A DNA stretch of 64,000 nt, taken from Candidatus Poribacteria bacterium. Lineage in GTDB: Bacteria > Poribacteria > WGA-4E > WGA-3G. The position numbers and the translations under genes are program-made. Shown here piece by piece: positions 41,143 to 51,900 of this stretch; the first letter of the stretch is position 1, and each line of letters opens with the position of its first letter. The notes under the pieces are model-generated. The model saw nothing but the letters and a program-made list of their open reading frames with translations, was not told the origin of the DNA and made no database searches. The stretch spans positions 2,141,743 through 2,205,742 of the forward strand of contig OZ244048.1 of the NCBI GenBank assembly GCA_965215265.1, written 5' to 3'.

Positions 41143-41240
41143 GGTATTCTTTATCTCTTCTTTCAGGAGAGATAAGTGGCGAGATAGGTATCTTTCTCTG
41201 TCCATGAGAGAAGATTACCTTTTACCTGCCACCCACTGGG
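41143..41240 (-). repeat. repeat family A, copy A4 (inverted relative to A1)
   Basis: taccttttacctgccacccactggg is the reverse complement of the A1 module cccagtaggtggcgagtaaaaggta. It also carries the ggtattctttatctc…gagagataag palindrome. Confidence 0.75.
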
Positions 41241-41268
41241 TTGAAACAGATCGGATAAGGGAAATTTT

Positions 41269-44200
41269 GTGATAGAACTTTTACGCCATACCCAGAATTA
41301 TCAAAAACTGAGCACTGCCCTCAAACACAGGGAAGAACTTACATGGCTCCGAGGCTTGCCCAATGCATCCACGGCATATCTCTTAGCAGTGCTCATTGAC
41401 GACTTTCCTAATAAATCATTCCTAATTGTACTCCCATCACAACAAGAAGCAGAACAAGTGCACGCGGAAATCCAGACTTATTGGACGTATAGTCTTCCTA
41501 ATTCTGATGCCATGGATACTAGCACGCAAACACAAAAACCTCTGCCTGCACACCCACACATGACACTTTTTCCCGGATGGCAATCACAACTTTTTGATGG
41601 CATCCCGCCATCCAAAAATACGGCTGTCCAGCGGATGCAAACGCTGCAAACGTTGCTGCAAGCACGCGAACGCAGCGTGGTTGTAACGAACGCCCGAACG
41701 TTAACTTACAAACTGCCACCCCGTTCAACATTGGCAACCGCTTTCTGCGAACTTCAACTCGGTGATGAAGCAGAACCAGACGATGTCATTGAAATGCTCC
41801 TCTGCGGCGGTTATCAACAGGTCGAATTGGTAGAGGTCAAAGGCGAATTCGCTTTCCGCGGGGACATCCTCGATGTCTATCCCTCCACTCTTGATACACC
41901 CGTCCGAATCGAATTTTTCGGCGATGAAGTTGAGGCCATCCGCGCCTTTGAACCCATGTCGCAGCGCTCAACTGAACAACTTGATGCCGTTACACTCCCA
42001 CCGATGCGCGAAATTCTCGCACGTCACATCTCTCTCGAACACTGGCACTTGCAAACAGACCAAATCATCCAAGAATATGCAACGCCGCAATTGATACACC
42101 GTATTAATGAACTCACACAACACTTAAAGGAAGCTACTTGCGAGCCGACAATAAGACGCACACACACAACCGACAACTTTACAGCAGCACCCCCGATGTT
42201 CGATTGGATAGAGGCGTTCTTGCCGCTCCTCTATCCCAAAACTGAAGCACTCATCGACTATCTCCCCGATGACACTTGTGTTGTACTGATAGAACCACAC
42301 TGGCAAAAACGTGAAGCAGCCCAAATGCTCGAGCAGATGCACGAACTGTTTCAGAAAAATTTGGCAGAATCAAAACTCATGGTGCCACCAGATAAAATGT
42401 TCGTTCCATTTGAGGAGCTCCAGACGCAATTAAAGCAATATCCGCTCCTCTGTGCATCCTTGGCACCCCCACGCGACATCTCAGCCTCAGAAAAGACACA
42501 GCTACACTTTGATATGAAACCGTTGGGACTGCCACGAGGCAGCTACCAGATGGTTATCGACCACATCAAAACCTGGACAGACGAAGGATATCAGGTTTAT
42601 GTATTCTGTGAAACGCCACAGCAGGCGAAGCGCGTCTCAGAAATTTTAGCCGAACGAGAAGCCGACTCAGAAATCAGCGAACACGCTATCCACGCTAACC
42701 ACACGGACTTCACAGCCAGCAATCCTTATCGTCTTAATCGACTTTTCGTCACAGTCGGAACAATTACGGAAGGCTTCCTTAATGAATCGCTAAACATCGT
42801 TGTCATCTCCGAAGAAGAGATATTCGGCAATCGGCATCAACGGCGAATACGGCCGAAACGACCCAAGGACGGCACACCGGTTCTCAGCCTAATTGACTTG
42901 AAGATAGGAGACCATGTCGTGCATGTCTCGCACGGCATCGCGGTTTATGGAGGCATCCAGCGCTTGGATTTTAACGGAAAATTACAAGATTTCCTAGTCC
43001 TCAAATATAGCAATGACGATGTCCTCTATGTGCCTAATTATCAAGTCGAGCTGGTTCAAAAATATATCAGCAGCAACGATGAAACTTACAAACCGCGGCT
43101 AGACCGACTAGGCGGACCCGCATGGCGCAACCGAAAAAACAGAGTAAAAGCATCAATCGAAAAAATGGCCGATGAACTCCTCGAACTTTACGCCGCACGC
43201 CAAGCCCGAAAAGGTTATAGCTTCCCAGACGAAGTACCCTGGCAGACTGAATTTGAGGCCCTGTTTCCTTATCAAGAAACCGATGATCAGTTCCAAGCAA
43301 TTGAAGATGTTAAAGCCGACATGGAGGCAGAACAGCCCATGGACCGGCTCATCTGTGGCGATGTCGGATACGGTAAAACTGAAGTCGCCTTGCGCGCAGC
43401 CTTTAAAGCCGTCATGGCCGAAAGGCAGGTCGCCGTACTCGTTCCAACAACCATTCTCGCACTCCAGCACTACGACACCTTTGAGAAACGGTTCAAGCCC
43501 TTTCCTGTTCACGTCGAAATGTTGAACCGTTTCCGAACGCCAAAGCAGATAAAGCAGGTCAAAGCAGGACTCGCAGATGGCACGGTCGATATTGTTATCG
43601 GAACGCACAGCCTCCTCGCCAAAACCGTCGAATTTAGCAACCTTGGCCTCTTAATTGTTGACGAAGAACACCGATTCGGCGTGAGACATAAAGAGAAAAT
43701 TAAGAAATTTAAAGAGACAATTGACGTACTCACGTTGACCGCAACACCAATTCCGCGCACTTTGCACATGTCGCTCGTCGGAATCCGAGATTTCAGCGTT
43801 ATCAACACACCACCCGCCAATCGACTGCCGATTCAAACCTACGTGATGCCGTACAACACGGATGTCATCCGAACCGCAATCCTCCAAGAATTAAGTCGCA
43901 GCGGTCAGGTCTTCTTTGTACATAATCGCGTCCGGAGCATCCAGAGCATTGCCAAAAGGTTGGAGCAATTGGTCCCAGAGGCACGCATCGCCGTCGCACA
44001 TGGACAAATGCCCGAACGTGAACTCGAAACGATTATGCTTGAGTTTGTTCGCCACAAGCACGACATACTTGTTTGTACCATGATTATTGAATCCGGACTC
44101 GATATCTCGAACGTAAACACTATCCTGATTAACCGGGCTGATGCACTCGGGTTAGCCCAACTCTATCAACTTCGCGGGCGCGTCGGACGCGCCGAGGCAC

Positions 44201-44901
44201 AGGCGTACGGTTATATGTTCTATCCAGAGAACCAAGTAATTACCGAAGGCGCGCAGAAAAGACTCCGCGTCATTGAAGAATTTACCGACCTCGGCTCCGG
44301 TTTTAAAATCGCACTCCGAGACCTAGAAATCCGTGGAACAGGCAATATCCTCGGCGCAGAACAGCACGGACACATCGTTACAATCGGCTATGAACTTTAC
44401 TGCAAACTCCTTGAAGAAGCCGTTCAGAAGTTGAAAGGCGAAACGGTCGAGGAGAATATTGAAACGCGCATCAACCTACCTATTGAAGCTTACTTGCCAG
44501 ACGACTACGTACCAGATAGCCGCCAAAAGGTGGCGGTTTACCGAAAAATTGCCGCCTTAAAAAACGAAGAAGCCTTACAAGAACTTCGCGCTGAACTAAA
44601 CGATCGATACGGTGCTATTCCTGAACCCGCTCAGATGCTTCTCGCTGTCGCCAGTCTCAAGCAGCTTTGTCAAAAACTCAGCATTACCGCAATCGTGGCG
44701 GGGAAAGCACAGATAAAAGTCACTTTTGACGAGCACAAACCACGAATTAACATCGAACGGCTACTTGAGGACATCCGCAAAGATGATAAACTTCGGCTCC
44801 TTCCGCCAGCACAACTTATGATTCGCATGCCGAACGGAACAACCGGAGAGAAAATGCTTACTGAATTACAACAAACCCTAACACAGTTTGTTAAAACATA
44901 G
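41269..44901 (+). CDS. mfd: transcription-repair coupling factor
   Basis: 1210 aa. DEEHRFGV DExH box and helicase motifs …LTLTATPIPRTL…, with UvrB-homology N-terminal and TRCF C-terminal domains. Confidence 0.9.
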   Translation: MIELLRHTQNYQKLSTALKHREELTWLRGLPNASTAYLLAVLIDDFPNKSFLIVLPSQQEAEQVHAEIQTYWTYSLPNSDAMDTSTQTQKPLPAHPHMTLFPGWQSQLFDGIPPSKNTAVQRMQTLQTLLQARERSVVVTNARTLTYKLPPRSTLATAFCELQLGDEAEPDDVIEMLLCGGYQQVELVEVKGEFAFRGDILDVYPSTLDTPVRIEFFGDEVEAIRAFEPMSQRSTEQLDAVTLPPMREILARHISLEHWHLQTDQIIQEYATPQLIHRINELTQHLKEATCEPTIRRTHTTDNFTAAPPMFDWIEAFLPLLYPKTEALIDYLPDDTCVVLIEPHWQKREAAQMLEQMHELFQKNLAESKLMVPPDKMFVPFEELQTQLKQYPLLCASLAPPRDISASEKTQLHFDMKPLGLPRGSYQMVIDHIKTWTDEGYQVYVFCETPQQAKRVSEILAEREADSEISEHAIHANHTDFTASNPYRLNRLFVTVGTITEGFLNESLNIVVISEEEIFGNRHQRRIRPKRPKDGTPVLSLIDLKIGDHVVHVSHGIAVYGGIQRLDFNGKLQDFLVLKYSNDDVLYVPNYQVELVQKYISSNDETYKPRLDRLGGPAWRNRKNRVKASIEKMADELLELYAARQARKGYSFPDEVPWQTEFEALFPYQETDDQFQAIEDVKADMEAEQPMDRLICGDVGYGKTEVALRAAFKAVMAERQVAVLVPTTILALQHYDTFEKRFKPFPVHVEMLNRFRTPKQIKQVKAGLADGTVDIVIGTHSLLAKTVEFSNLGLLIVDEEHRFGVRHKEKIKKFKETIDVLTLTATPIPRTLHMSLVGIRDFSVINTPPANRLPIQTYVMPYNTDVIRTAILQELSRSGQVFFVHNRVRSIQSIAKRLEQLVPEARIAVAHGQMPERELETIMLEFVRHKHDILVCTMIIESGLDISNVNTILINRADALGLAQLYQLRGRVGRAEAQAYGYMFYPENQVITEGAQKRLRVIEEFTDLGSGFKIALRDLEIRGTGNILGAEQHGHIVTIGYELYCKLLEEAVQKLKGETVEENIETRINLPIEAYLPDDYVPDSRQKVAVYRKIAALKNEEALQELRAELNDRYGAIPEPAQMLLAVASLKQLCQKLSITAIVAGKAQIKVTFDEHKPRINIERLLEDIRKDDKLRLLPPAQLMIRMPNGTTGEKMLTELQQTLTQFVKT

Positions 44902-45007
44902 CAAGCTTGTAGAAGCGCAATTCATTCTCTGCCTCTCCACGCTTGCATCTTTAAACCATCGGAGCACTGTGAAAAGCACAGAGTCTTTCTCATAGCTCTC
45001 CATTTCT

Positions 45008-45097
45008 GATTACCACAGCAGCCTAAATCGGCTCTGACGAGATTTGTATAGGTATTATGAAAGCAGCAGCCTTTTATAATGCTTCAGGAGACAAAAA
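45008..45097 (+). repeat. repeat family B, copy B1 (core …ggctc[tc]gacgagatttgta…gcagcagcctt…)
   Basis: ~97% identical to B2 over 90 nt. Lies just 3' of mfd. Confidence 0.8.
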
Positions 45098-45217
45098 TAT
45101 GTAGCCGCGAGCTGATGCTCGCGATTCTTAATCGGAGATTCGCAGGAAAAGGTATTGACCTAAAGGTTAATTAATACCTTACCTGCGAACTTGAACCACA
45201 AAAAAGGAACTATGAAT

Positions 45218-46258
45218 ATGAAAAAAACGATTACTATTTTGAGCATCGTCGCCATAACTTGCCTGTTGACATGGCGATTTGTTCAGTCCGATAGCCATGT
45301 TGGAATTGGGCCGGTGGAAGCCACAGAAGAGCATTCTGCAAACCAGACATCTACAGACGATGAGAATCTACAGATTGTGGCTGAATTTAAATGGAACGGC
45401 CAACGTCATCAAATTTCTCTCGCAGACTTGAACGCCGCAATAGCAGAACTGCCGGTTTACCGCCAGCAAAACTATGAAAACCGGGCGGACAAAGCCGAAT
45501 ACTTAGAAGAACTGATAGAGGAACGCCTCAAAATCCTACGTGCTACTGACGAAGGGTTTGATAAACTACCAGAACACCTCAAAAAGTTAGATGACTATAC
45601 CCATCAACTCATGTTGGAAAAACTGACCGAAATTGAAGTAGACCAGAAAATCGTCTACACCGATGACGAACTCATGGCACACTATGAGGAAAACATAAGC
45701 GAGTACATTGAAGACGCTAAAGTCCGAGCAACCTGCATCAGCCTCGACGATGAAGACCTGGCCAACGAAACGTTAGATGCAATTATAGCAGGCAAAGACA
45801 TCGTAGAAATGGCAAATGAACTCTTTCAGGCAGGCAAATTAGCCAACGGCCCCGGAACCAATCGCGATGAACCCGGGAACACATATCTCTTTACAAAGGC
45901 AGTCTCTCCACGCTGGGAGGAATTCATCAACGCCACATTCGCCCAAGAAATTGGCGAAATCACCGATACCGTCTTTGAGACCGAGGTCAACGAGCAAACA
46001 TTCTATCTTATTTTCAGAAAAGAGGAACACCACCCCGAACGCCAGATGGAATTCGACGAGGTTAAAGACGATATCATACGCGACATCGAACGCAACAAGA
46101 AGCAGCTGCGCATAAACGAGTGGTTAGAAGAAATTTATGAACGCGGGAAACTGAAGACCTACCCTGAGAATATTCCTACTCCCTCAGAACCAGCGGAAGA
46201 GGAAAATCAAACTCAAGAGCATCCCTCAGATACCAAACAAGGAGAAAACGAGAATTGA
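45218..46258 (+). CDS. SurA-like periplasmic chaperone paralog with a degenerate parvulin (PpiC) domain
   Basis: Signal peptide. SurA_N-like …AEFKWNGQRHQISLADLNAAIAELP…. The parvulin-like region lacks GGDLG. Confidence 0.55.
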   Translation: MKKTITILSIVAITCLLTWRFVQSDSHVGIGPVEATEEHSANQTSTDDENLQIVAEFKWNGQRHQISLADLNAAIAELPVYRQQNYENRADKAEYLEELIEERLKILRATDEGFDKLPEHLKKLDDYTHQLMLEKLTEIEVDQKIVYTDDELMAHYEENISEYIEDAKVRATCISLDDEDLANETLDAIIAGKDIVEMANELFQAGKLANGPGTNRDEPGNTYLFTKAVSPRWEEFINATFAQEIGEITDTVFETEVNEQTFYLIFRKEEHHPERQMEFDEVKDDIIRDIERNKKQLRINEWLEEIYERGKLKTYPENIPTPSEPAEEENQTQEHPSDTKQGENEN

Positions 46259-47307
46259 AAACTTTAATCACAACGTTAACACACGCACGTGCCGCCCAGA
46301 ACAGCCTCGCATATCTGAGCCTATTCGCGATTATTGTGACACTACCCCTATTCTATGCATGCGGCGACAAAGCCATCGGAGCAGACGGAACTGTCATTGC
46401 TGAATTTGAATGGAACGGGAAGCACAAAATCACACTCGAAGAGATGATGCAGGAAATTAGTGAGCTCCCTGAATACAAACAACGCAAATATCAGGACAAA
46501 GAGGGACTCGAAACCTACATGCTCCTCATGGCAGAGAGCCGGCTCATCCTCAACCTCGCACGCGATATGCAACTCCAAGAAGATCCCGAAATCCTCAAAA
46601 AGGTTCAGGACTATCTTCATGAGCTAATGGTAAAGAAAATTACCACCCAGGAAGTTGATGACAAACTCTCTTTGAGTGAAGCGGATTATATCAGCTATTA
46701 CGAGGCACATAAGCAAGACTACATCCGTCCAGCACAAGTCCGACTCCTATGTATCACCCTGCTCAACAAGGAGCGCGCTGAGGAAGTCTTCGCGGAAATC
46801 AACGCAGGCAAAGACATCGCTGAAGCTGCACAGGAACTCTCCGATAGAGGCGAGCTCGTCGGACCAGGCGCAAACCCCGCAGCACCCGGCGATACCGACT
46901 ACATTGGTAGAAGCGCCTTTCCATCAGGCACAGAACCTTTCTTGGATGCAGCATTCTCCGCTGAAATCGGAACATTCCACGACAAGATAGTTGAAGTTGA
47001 CGTGCAAGGACAGAAATACTACATGATCTTCCGAAAAGACGAAGCACGCGATGAATACCAAAAACCTTTTGAGGAAGAAGATGTACGCAAAAATGTCGTC
47101 CGAAAGGCTGAACGCGAAAAACGACAAGCACTCATGAAAGAGTGGATCGCCAGCCTCAGGGAACGCGCTGAAGTCATCACATACATTGACCGCATCCCTG
47201 AAGCACAAAACGAAGAAGCACCTGCCGAAACCGAACCTGAGGCACAACCCGAACAAACGCCTGAGGCACAACCCGAACAAACGCCTGAGGACAATCAACC
47301 TGAATAA
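46255..47307 (+). CDS. second SurA-like paralog (degenerate PpiC) with a C-terminal 24-bp x2 PEAQPEQT repeat
   Basis: …AEFEWNGKHKITLEEMMQEISELPEY… parallels the previous gene. 4-nt overlap implies an operon. Tandem repeat at 47239-47286. Confidence 0.55.
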   Translation: MKTLITTLTHARAAQNSLAYLSLFAIIVTLPLFYACGDKAIGADGTVIAEFEWNGKHKITLEEMMQEISELPEYKQRKYQDKEGLETYMLLMAESRLILNLARDMQLQEDPEILKKVQDYLHELMVKKITTQEVDDKLSLSEADYISYYEAHKQDYIRPAQVRLLCITLLNKERAEEVFAEINAGKDIAEAAQELSDRGELVGPGANPAAPGDTDYIGRSAFPSGTEPFLDAAFSAEIGTFHDKIVEVDVQGQKYYMIFRKDEARDEYQKPFEEEDVRKNVVRKAEREKRQALMKEWIASLRERAEVITYIDRIPEAQNEEAPAETEPEAQPEQTPEAQPEQTPEDNQPE

Positions 47308-47325
47308 CCAATTTTGATTACCACA

Positions 47326-47406
47326 GCAGCCTAAATCGGCTCTGACGAGATTTGTATAGGTATTATGAAAGCAGCAGCCTTTTATAGTACTTCAGGAGAC
47401 AAAAAG
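47326..47406 (+). repeat. repeat family B, copy B2
   Basis: Near-identical to B1. Followed by a 15-bp perfect hairpin. Confidence 0.8.
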
Positions 47407-47408
47407 TT

Positions 47409-47451
47409 GTAAAGTGTCTAAAGTTACTACACAAGACTTTAGACACTTTAC
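47409..47451 (+). terminator. 15-bp perfect-stem hairpin after surA-like gene 2 (gtaaagtgtctaaag-N13-ctttagacactttac)
   Basis: Perfect inverted repeat with no U-tract. Confidence 0.4.
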
Positions 47452-47496
47452 AGCCCTTTAAACTTGAAGGAACCACGTTATGCTATGCCTAATGCG

Positions 47497-47565
47497 TCTC
47501 CGACGAGATTTACACTGTCATTAACAAAGCATAAAGCGTGATGGTACGGAGATATACAAAACACC
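47497..47565 (+). repeat. repeat family B-related element F1 (ctccgacgagattta…gatggtacggagatatac), abutting the surA start
   Basis: Shares both modules with F2 at 54847-54935. Confidence 0.7.
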
Positions 47566-48849
47566 ATGAAATGCAAAATCGGGGCTTATCTCTTGCTAAC
47601 TCTGATGTTTATCAGCACGGGGACAGCACGCACTTTTGACACCATCATCGCCTACGTCAACGATGATGTCATTACACAACGCGAACTTGATACCTTAGTC
47701 AAACAACGCGCCATGGAACTCCAACAGATGTACCGTTTCACTGAACGAGAGGCACTTCAGGAAGCCGAGCGGCAACGCCCAGAACTCCTTGATAGGCTCA
47801 TCCGCCAAATGCTCCTCCTTGAAGCAGCACTCACCTTGAAAGTCAACGTGACATCTGTAGAAGTTGAACAATACATCCAAGACTTTAAAAAGAGATACCA
47901 GATTAAGACAGATGAGGAACTTCAAAAACAGTTGAATCGCGAAGGACTCACCCTCATCGGGTTTCGGGAACAGACAGAACGCAACCTCAAAGCAGAGAAG
48001 TTAGTCATGGGCAGAATTATACCACGACTCCAGATTCGCGACAGTGAAGTCCAAAAATTTTTTGAAGAGAATCGGGACCAACTCCCAACTAAATCAGATA
48101 AGGTCCGATTCCGGCACATCTTTGTCGCTTTCAAACCGACGCAGACGGAACGTGACACCGCACTGCATAAAATTCACACCGCACGAAACGACATCGAAAA
48201 AGAACCAGCGCAGTTTGAACGCATCGCACGGCAAGAAATCGACGACTCCAACAACTCTCAAGTCGGCATACTCATAGAAGCTAGCCCCGAAGAGCTCAAA
48301 GAGTTCCCCGAAAACTTTCAAAATGCGCTAACCAATCTCAACGCTGGTGAATTTAGTGAACCCATCCAAGGAAACGAAGGGCTCTATCTCTTCAAAGTAG
48401 AAACAAAAACTGACACGCTCATCGCGTTTCGCTATCTCATCGTTCCGATTAAGTTGACTGAAGAAGCGAAACTTGAAGCACGGCTGCACGCCGCCAAAAT
48501 TTTTACAAAATTGGAGGAAGGACAACACTTCAACACCCTCGCCGCTGAACATTCCGACGATACGGAAACACGCGAAGACGGCGGCGACCTTGGCGTCCGC
48601 TCCCTGATTGAAATCAATCCAAAAACACGCAGAATCGTTGAAGCCCTCGAAGAAGGGACTTACAGTCAACCTTTTGAAACCGATTCCGGAATCCACATTT
48701 TTAAACTAGATGAACGAAATACACCCGAACTGAGCGAGGCCGAGAAAAAGCAGATTATCTCTATACTCCGCCAGCAGCGCTTTCAGGAAGAATGGGATGC
48801 ATATACCGATAGCCTCCTCGAAAACGCTTACGTCAAAATAAAACCGTAG
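47566..48849 (+). CDS. surA: periplasmic chaperone/peptidyl-prolyl isomerase SurA (two parvulin domains)
   Basis: Signal peptide. SurA_N (…IIAYVNDDVITQRELD…) and two PpiC-type domains. Confidence 0.75.
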   Translation: MKCKIGAYLLLTLMFISTGTARTFDTIIAYVNDDVITQRELDTLVKQRAMELQQMYRFTEREALQEAERQRPELLDRLIRQMLLLEAALTLKVNVTSVEVEQYIQDFKKRYQIKTDEELQKQLNREGLTLIGFREQTERNLKAEKLVMGRIIPRLQIRDSEVQKFFEENRDQLPTKSDKVRFRHIFVAFKPTQTERDTALHKIHTARNDIEKEPAQFERIARQEIDDSNNSQVGILIEASPEELKEFPENFQNALTNLNAGEFSEPIQGNEGLYLFKVETKTDTLIAFRYLIVPIKLTEEAKLEARLHAAKIFTKLEEGQHFNTLAAEHSDDTETREDGGDLGVRSLIEINPKTRRIVEALEEGTYSQPFETDSGIHIFKLDERNTPELSEAEKKQIISILRQQRFQEEWDAYTDSLLENAYVKIKP

Positions 48850-48938
48850 AAGCAATCTCCAACTCGCTACGCCTTTTCCACAATGAAAAAATACACACCT
48901 TTTTTTCATCCTGTTTCTCCTCAGGAGGGGGACGCACT

Positions 48939-51900
48939 TTGAACTTTCAAGACGCGCCGGCAAGCGGCGAACGAAAACCTAAATTTTGGGACACTTGCGC
49001 AGCTGCCATAATCGCACTACTCGCAATCCCGTACCTCCACTCTCCGGCAGCACCCGCGCATCCCGCTCTTAACGCACGGCTCATCGCTCAAACACCCCCG
49101 CCGGAACAGACAGAGACACCCACTGAGCCCCAAGAAGAAACAGACGAAAAAGAAAATGCCCCTACATTCAATCCAGAGCAGGAGACACCTGACTCCGGGT
49201 TTGTCATCGGCGACGGAGACGAGATGGTGATGCACGAGAATCTCGTACAAATCCATGGAAACGCTCTCGTCAAATTTGGGGATATCACTTTGCGGGCAGA
49301 CCACGTCTGGGCCGATTTCACCGAAAACGTCAATTTAATCCGCGCATCCGGGAACGTACATCTCATCACCGGCGACGAGGAGACATTCTCTGATGAACTC
49401 GTCTTTAACCTCGAAACCAAAAAGGGCATCGCACGAAACGGCTTTACCTACAGCGACCCCTGGTACTTCGGCGGGAGTGAAATCTTTAAAATTGAAGATA
49501 AGACATCTTACGTCCGAAGTGCTAGCTTGACAACCTGTTCCCTCAAATATCCACACTACTATTTTAGCGTCTCACGCGTTATCATACGAGTCAACGACGA
49601 GCTCATCGCCAAAAATATCATACTCCGCATCGGAGGCTTCCCACTCTTCTATTTTCCAGCCATCCGACGCGATCTGCAGAAGGGAAAAATCGCTAAAATT
49701 ATTGTCAAAGTCGGAACCGATAGCTACCAAGGCCCTTATATCAGTATCATTCAACCTGTCGCACGCAAAAGACGCTACGATGGCGCACTCCTCTACGATA
49801 GAAGTGCACGCAGAGGACACGGCTTCGGGCTTGAAACAAAATATCGATTCAATGATACACAATTCCAAGAAATTTATATCCCTATTCCACCCGACCTAAC
49901 CGCCGCGCAACGCTCAAAATTGGAGGATAAAGCCAAAGAGATACGCGAACGGCTCGAAGGCAAATACAACCGATATTGGCTAAAGCAAATTTTCCTACCT
50001 TATGAAATTACGGATGCTGACTTCAAACGCGCGAAAGAGAACGCTGAAGAACTGCATAATCAACTTGTCCAAGAAAACGCAGATTTCGCACAACTCGCAC
50101 AGCAGCATTCTAGCCACGAAACTCGATACGAAGGGGGCGACTTAGGGTTCATCACATTCGGAGAACTGATTGAGGACACAGAAAAATCAACGCCTGCCTC
50201 TAAAAACACAGATAAAAATACCGAAACACCGCAAACCCAATCCGGATCAGAAGACGCAGCACAAACAGACGACGATACGCCGCAATCCGATGATAAACCA
50301 CCACAAACAGACGACGATGCACCGCAATCCGATGATGAACCACCACAAACAGACGACGATACGCCGCAATCCGATGATGAACCACCACAAACAGACGACG
50401 ATACGCCGCAATCCGGATCAGAAGACGCAGTGCAGCCCATTGGGACACCCAAACTCGACCCGATTTTAGAAACAGCAGCATTTCAACTAGAGGAAGGCCA
50501 AATCAGTCAGGTTTTAAAGACTGAATCCGCTTTTCACATCCTCAAAATCGAACGGGCCCTTGATGTATACGGAGAACGCGAAATACAGGTCCGACGGATT
50601 GATATTAACATTGAACCCAGCGACGAAACACGGCAGAAAATACGCGAAACCGCAAATCAAATTTATCAACGTGCACACGAAGGCGAACCCTTGGAAAAAC
50701 TTGCCGAAGAATTCGACGAAGCCGCTTTATCAGAAATCAACCAAGGCAAAGGACTCCCACTCAATCAAATGGAGTCCGGATGGCAATATTCTGTCAGAAG
50801 GTTAGAGAAGCCCGGCGAAATCATACAACGCCGGCCAGTTTCCGCACCAGAGGGGTTATACATCTTCCAATTAATTAAAAAAGAAGAGACTCCCTCCTTT
50901 GAACAACTCGCTCAAGAATTTGAATTGGAATGGGAAACCTTCCAACAAGAGGTCATGCGTTCAACCGAAGAAGAGAAACAGGAAAACGCAGAAAAAAACC
51001 AAACAGCCGCAGCTGCCGAACCTCTACAAGCTAAAAGTATAGCACCGCAACAAAAGAAAAAAACAGAAGAAAAAAACGGAACACCTACACAACTAGACGA
51101 GCAGCCGGACGCGGAGAGTGAGAACACAACCCAAGAAGAAGATGAAGAAGATGAAGAAGATGAAGCAGCAGCAGCAGAGCAGGGTGTCTATCGAAAACAC
51201 GGATTTCGCGGACAGTGGGAAGATCCCCGCATGGTCGCAGCCGAAGCACGCAGTTTGTACACCGGCGAATTCAGTCGTGTCGTAAAAACAAAAAAAGCGA
51301 TCCGCCTTATTAAGGTCGATCGAAAACGCACTTACCGCGGGGATTTCTACTTCTACGGCAAAGATGCATACTCCTTCGACAGGCAGAACGCAACTCGTAT
51401 CGGCAGAACATGGATATCCCGATGGGGACACACGCAAGCTATCTATACACCCTGGGATAATCGCCAAGAAGGACGCCGCCCTATCAACTTTACCGGACGC
51501 CTCGAATGGCGCGCCCGAAACTACAAAGAAGAACTCCGACTCCCCGGAGAATCCACACTCAAATCGTTTGGACTCCTTAACTACGGCTCCGCATTCACCA
51601 CATGGTCTACTCAAGATGTCGATGAAAACAATAATCTCAAATTCTCAATGGAAACTATCGGAGATTTCGCAGGACGACTCGAAATCCGACATATCTATGA
51701 TTTCACCCAACAAGGCACTACATCTTTACAAAAACTCCCACAACTCTCCTTAAACTTTTCACGGATGCGGTTTAGCCAACTGCCTCTCTTTCGAACCATT
51801 AACTCCGGGTTAGTCTACCTCTCCGAAAAAGCCCAAAGCGACAAACCTTTTCTCTCACTACTCTCTGTACCAACATTAGATAACACCAGCTTCGATCTGG

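Noticed and set aside
45024-45070. CUGACGAG…GAAA in repeat B1/B2 resembles a hammerhead ribozyme core
   Set aside because: Other copies read CCGACGAG or CCGGCGAG, so the CUGANGA box is not conserved. The strands that would form helix III are direct rather than inverted repeats.
50268-50417. CRISPR-like regular repeats
   Set aside because: They are in-frame 42-bp coding tandem repeats without unique spacers, inside a long ORF. Likewise 47239-47286 and the GAAGAAGAT run near 51131.
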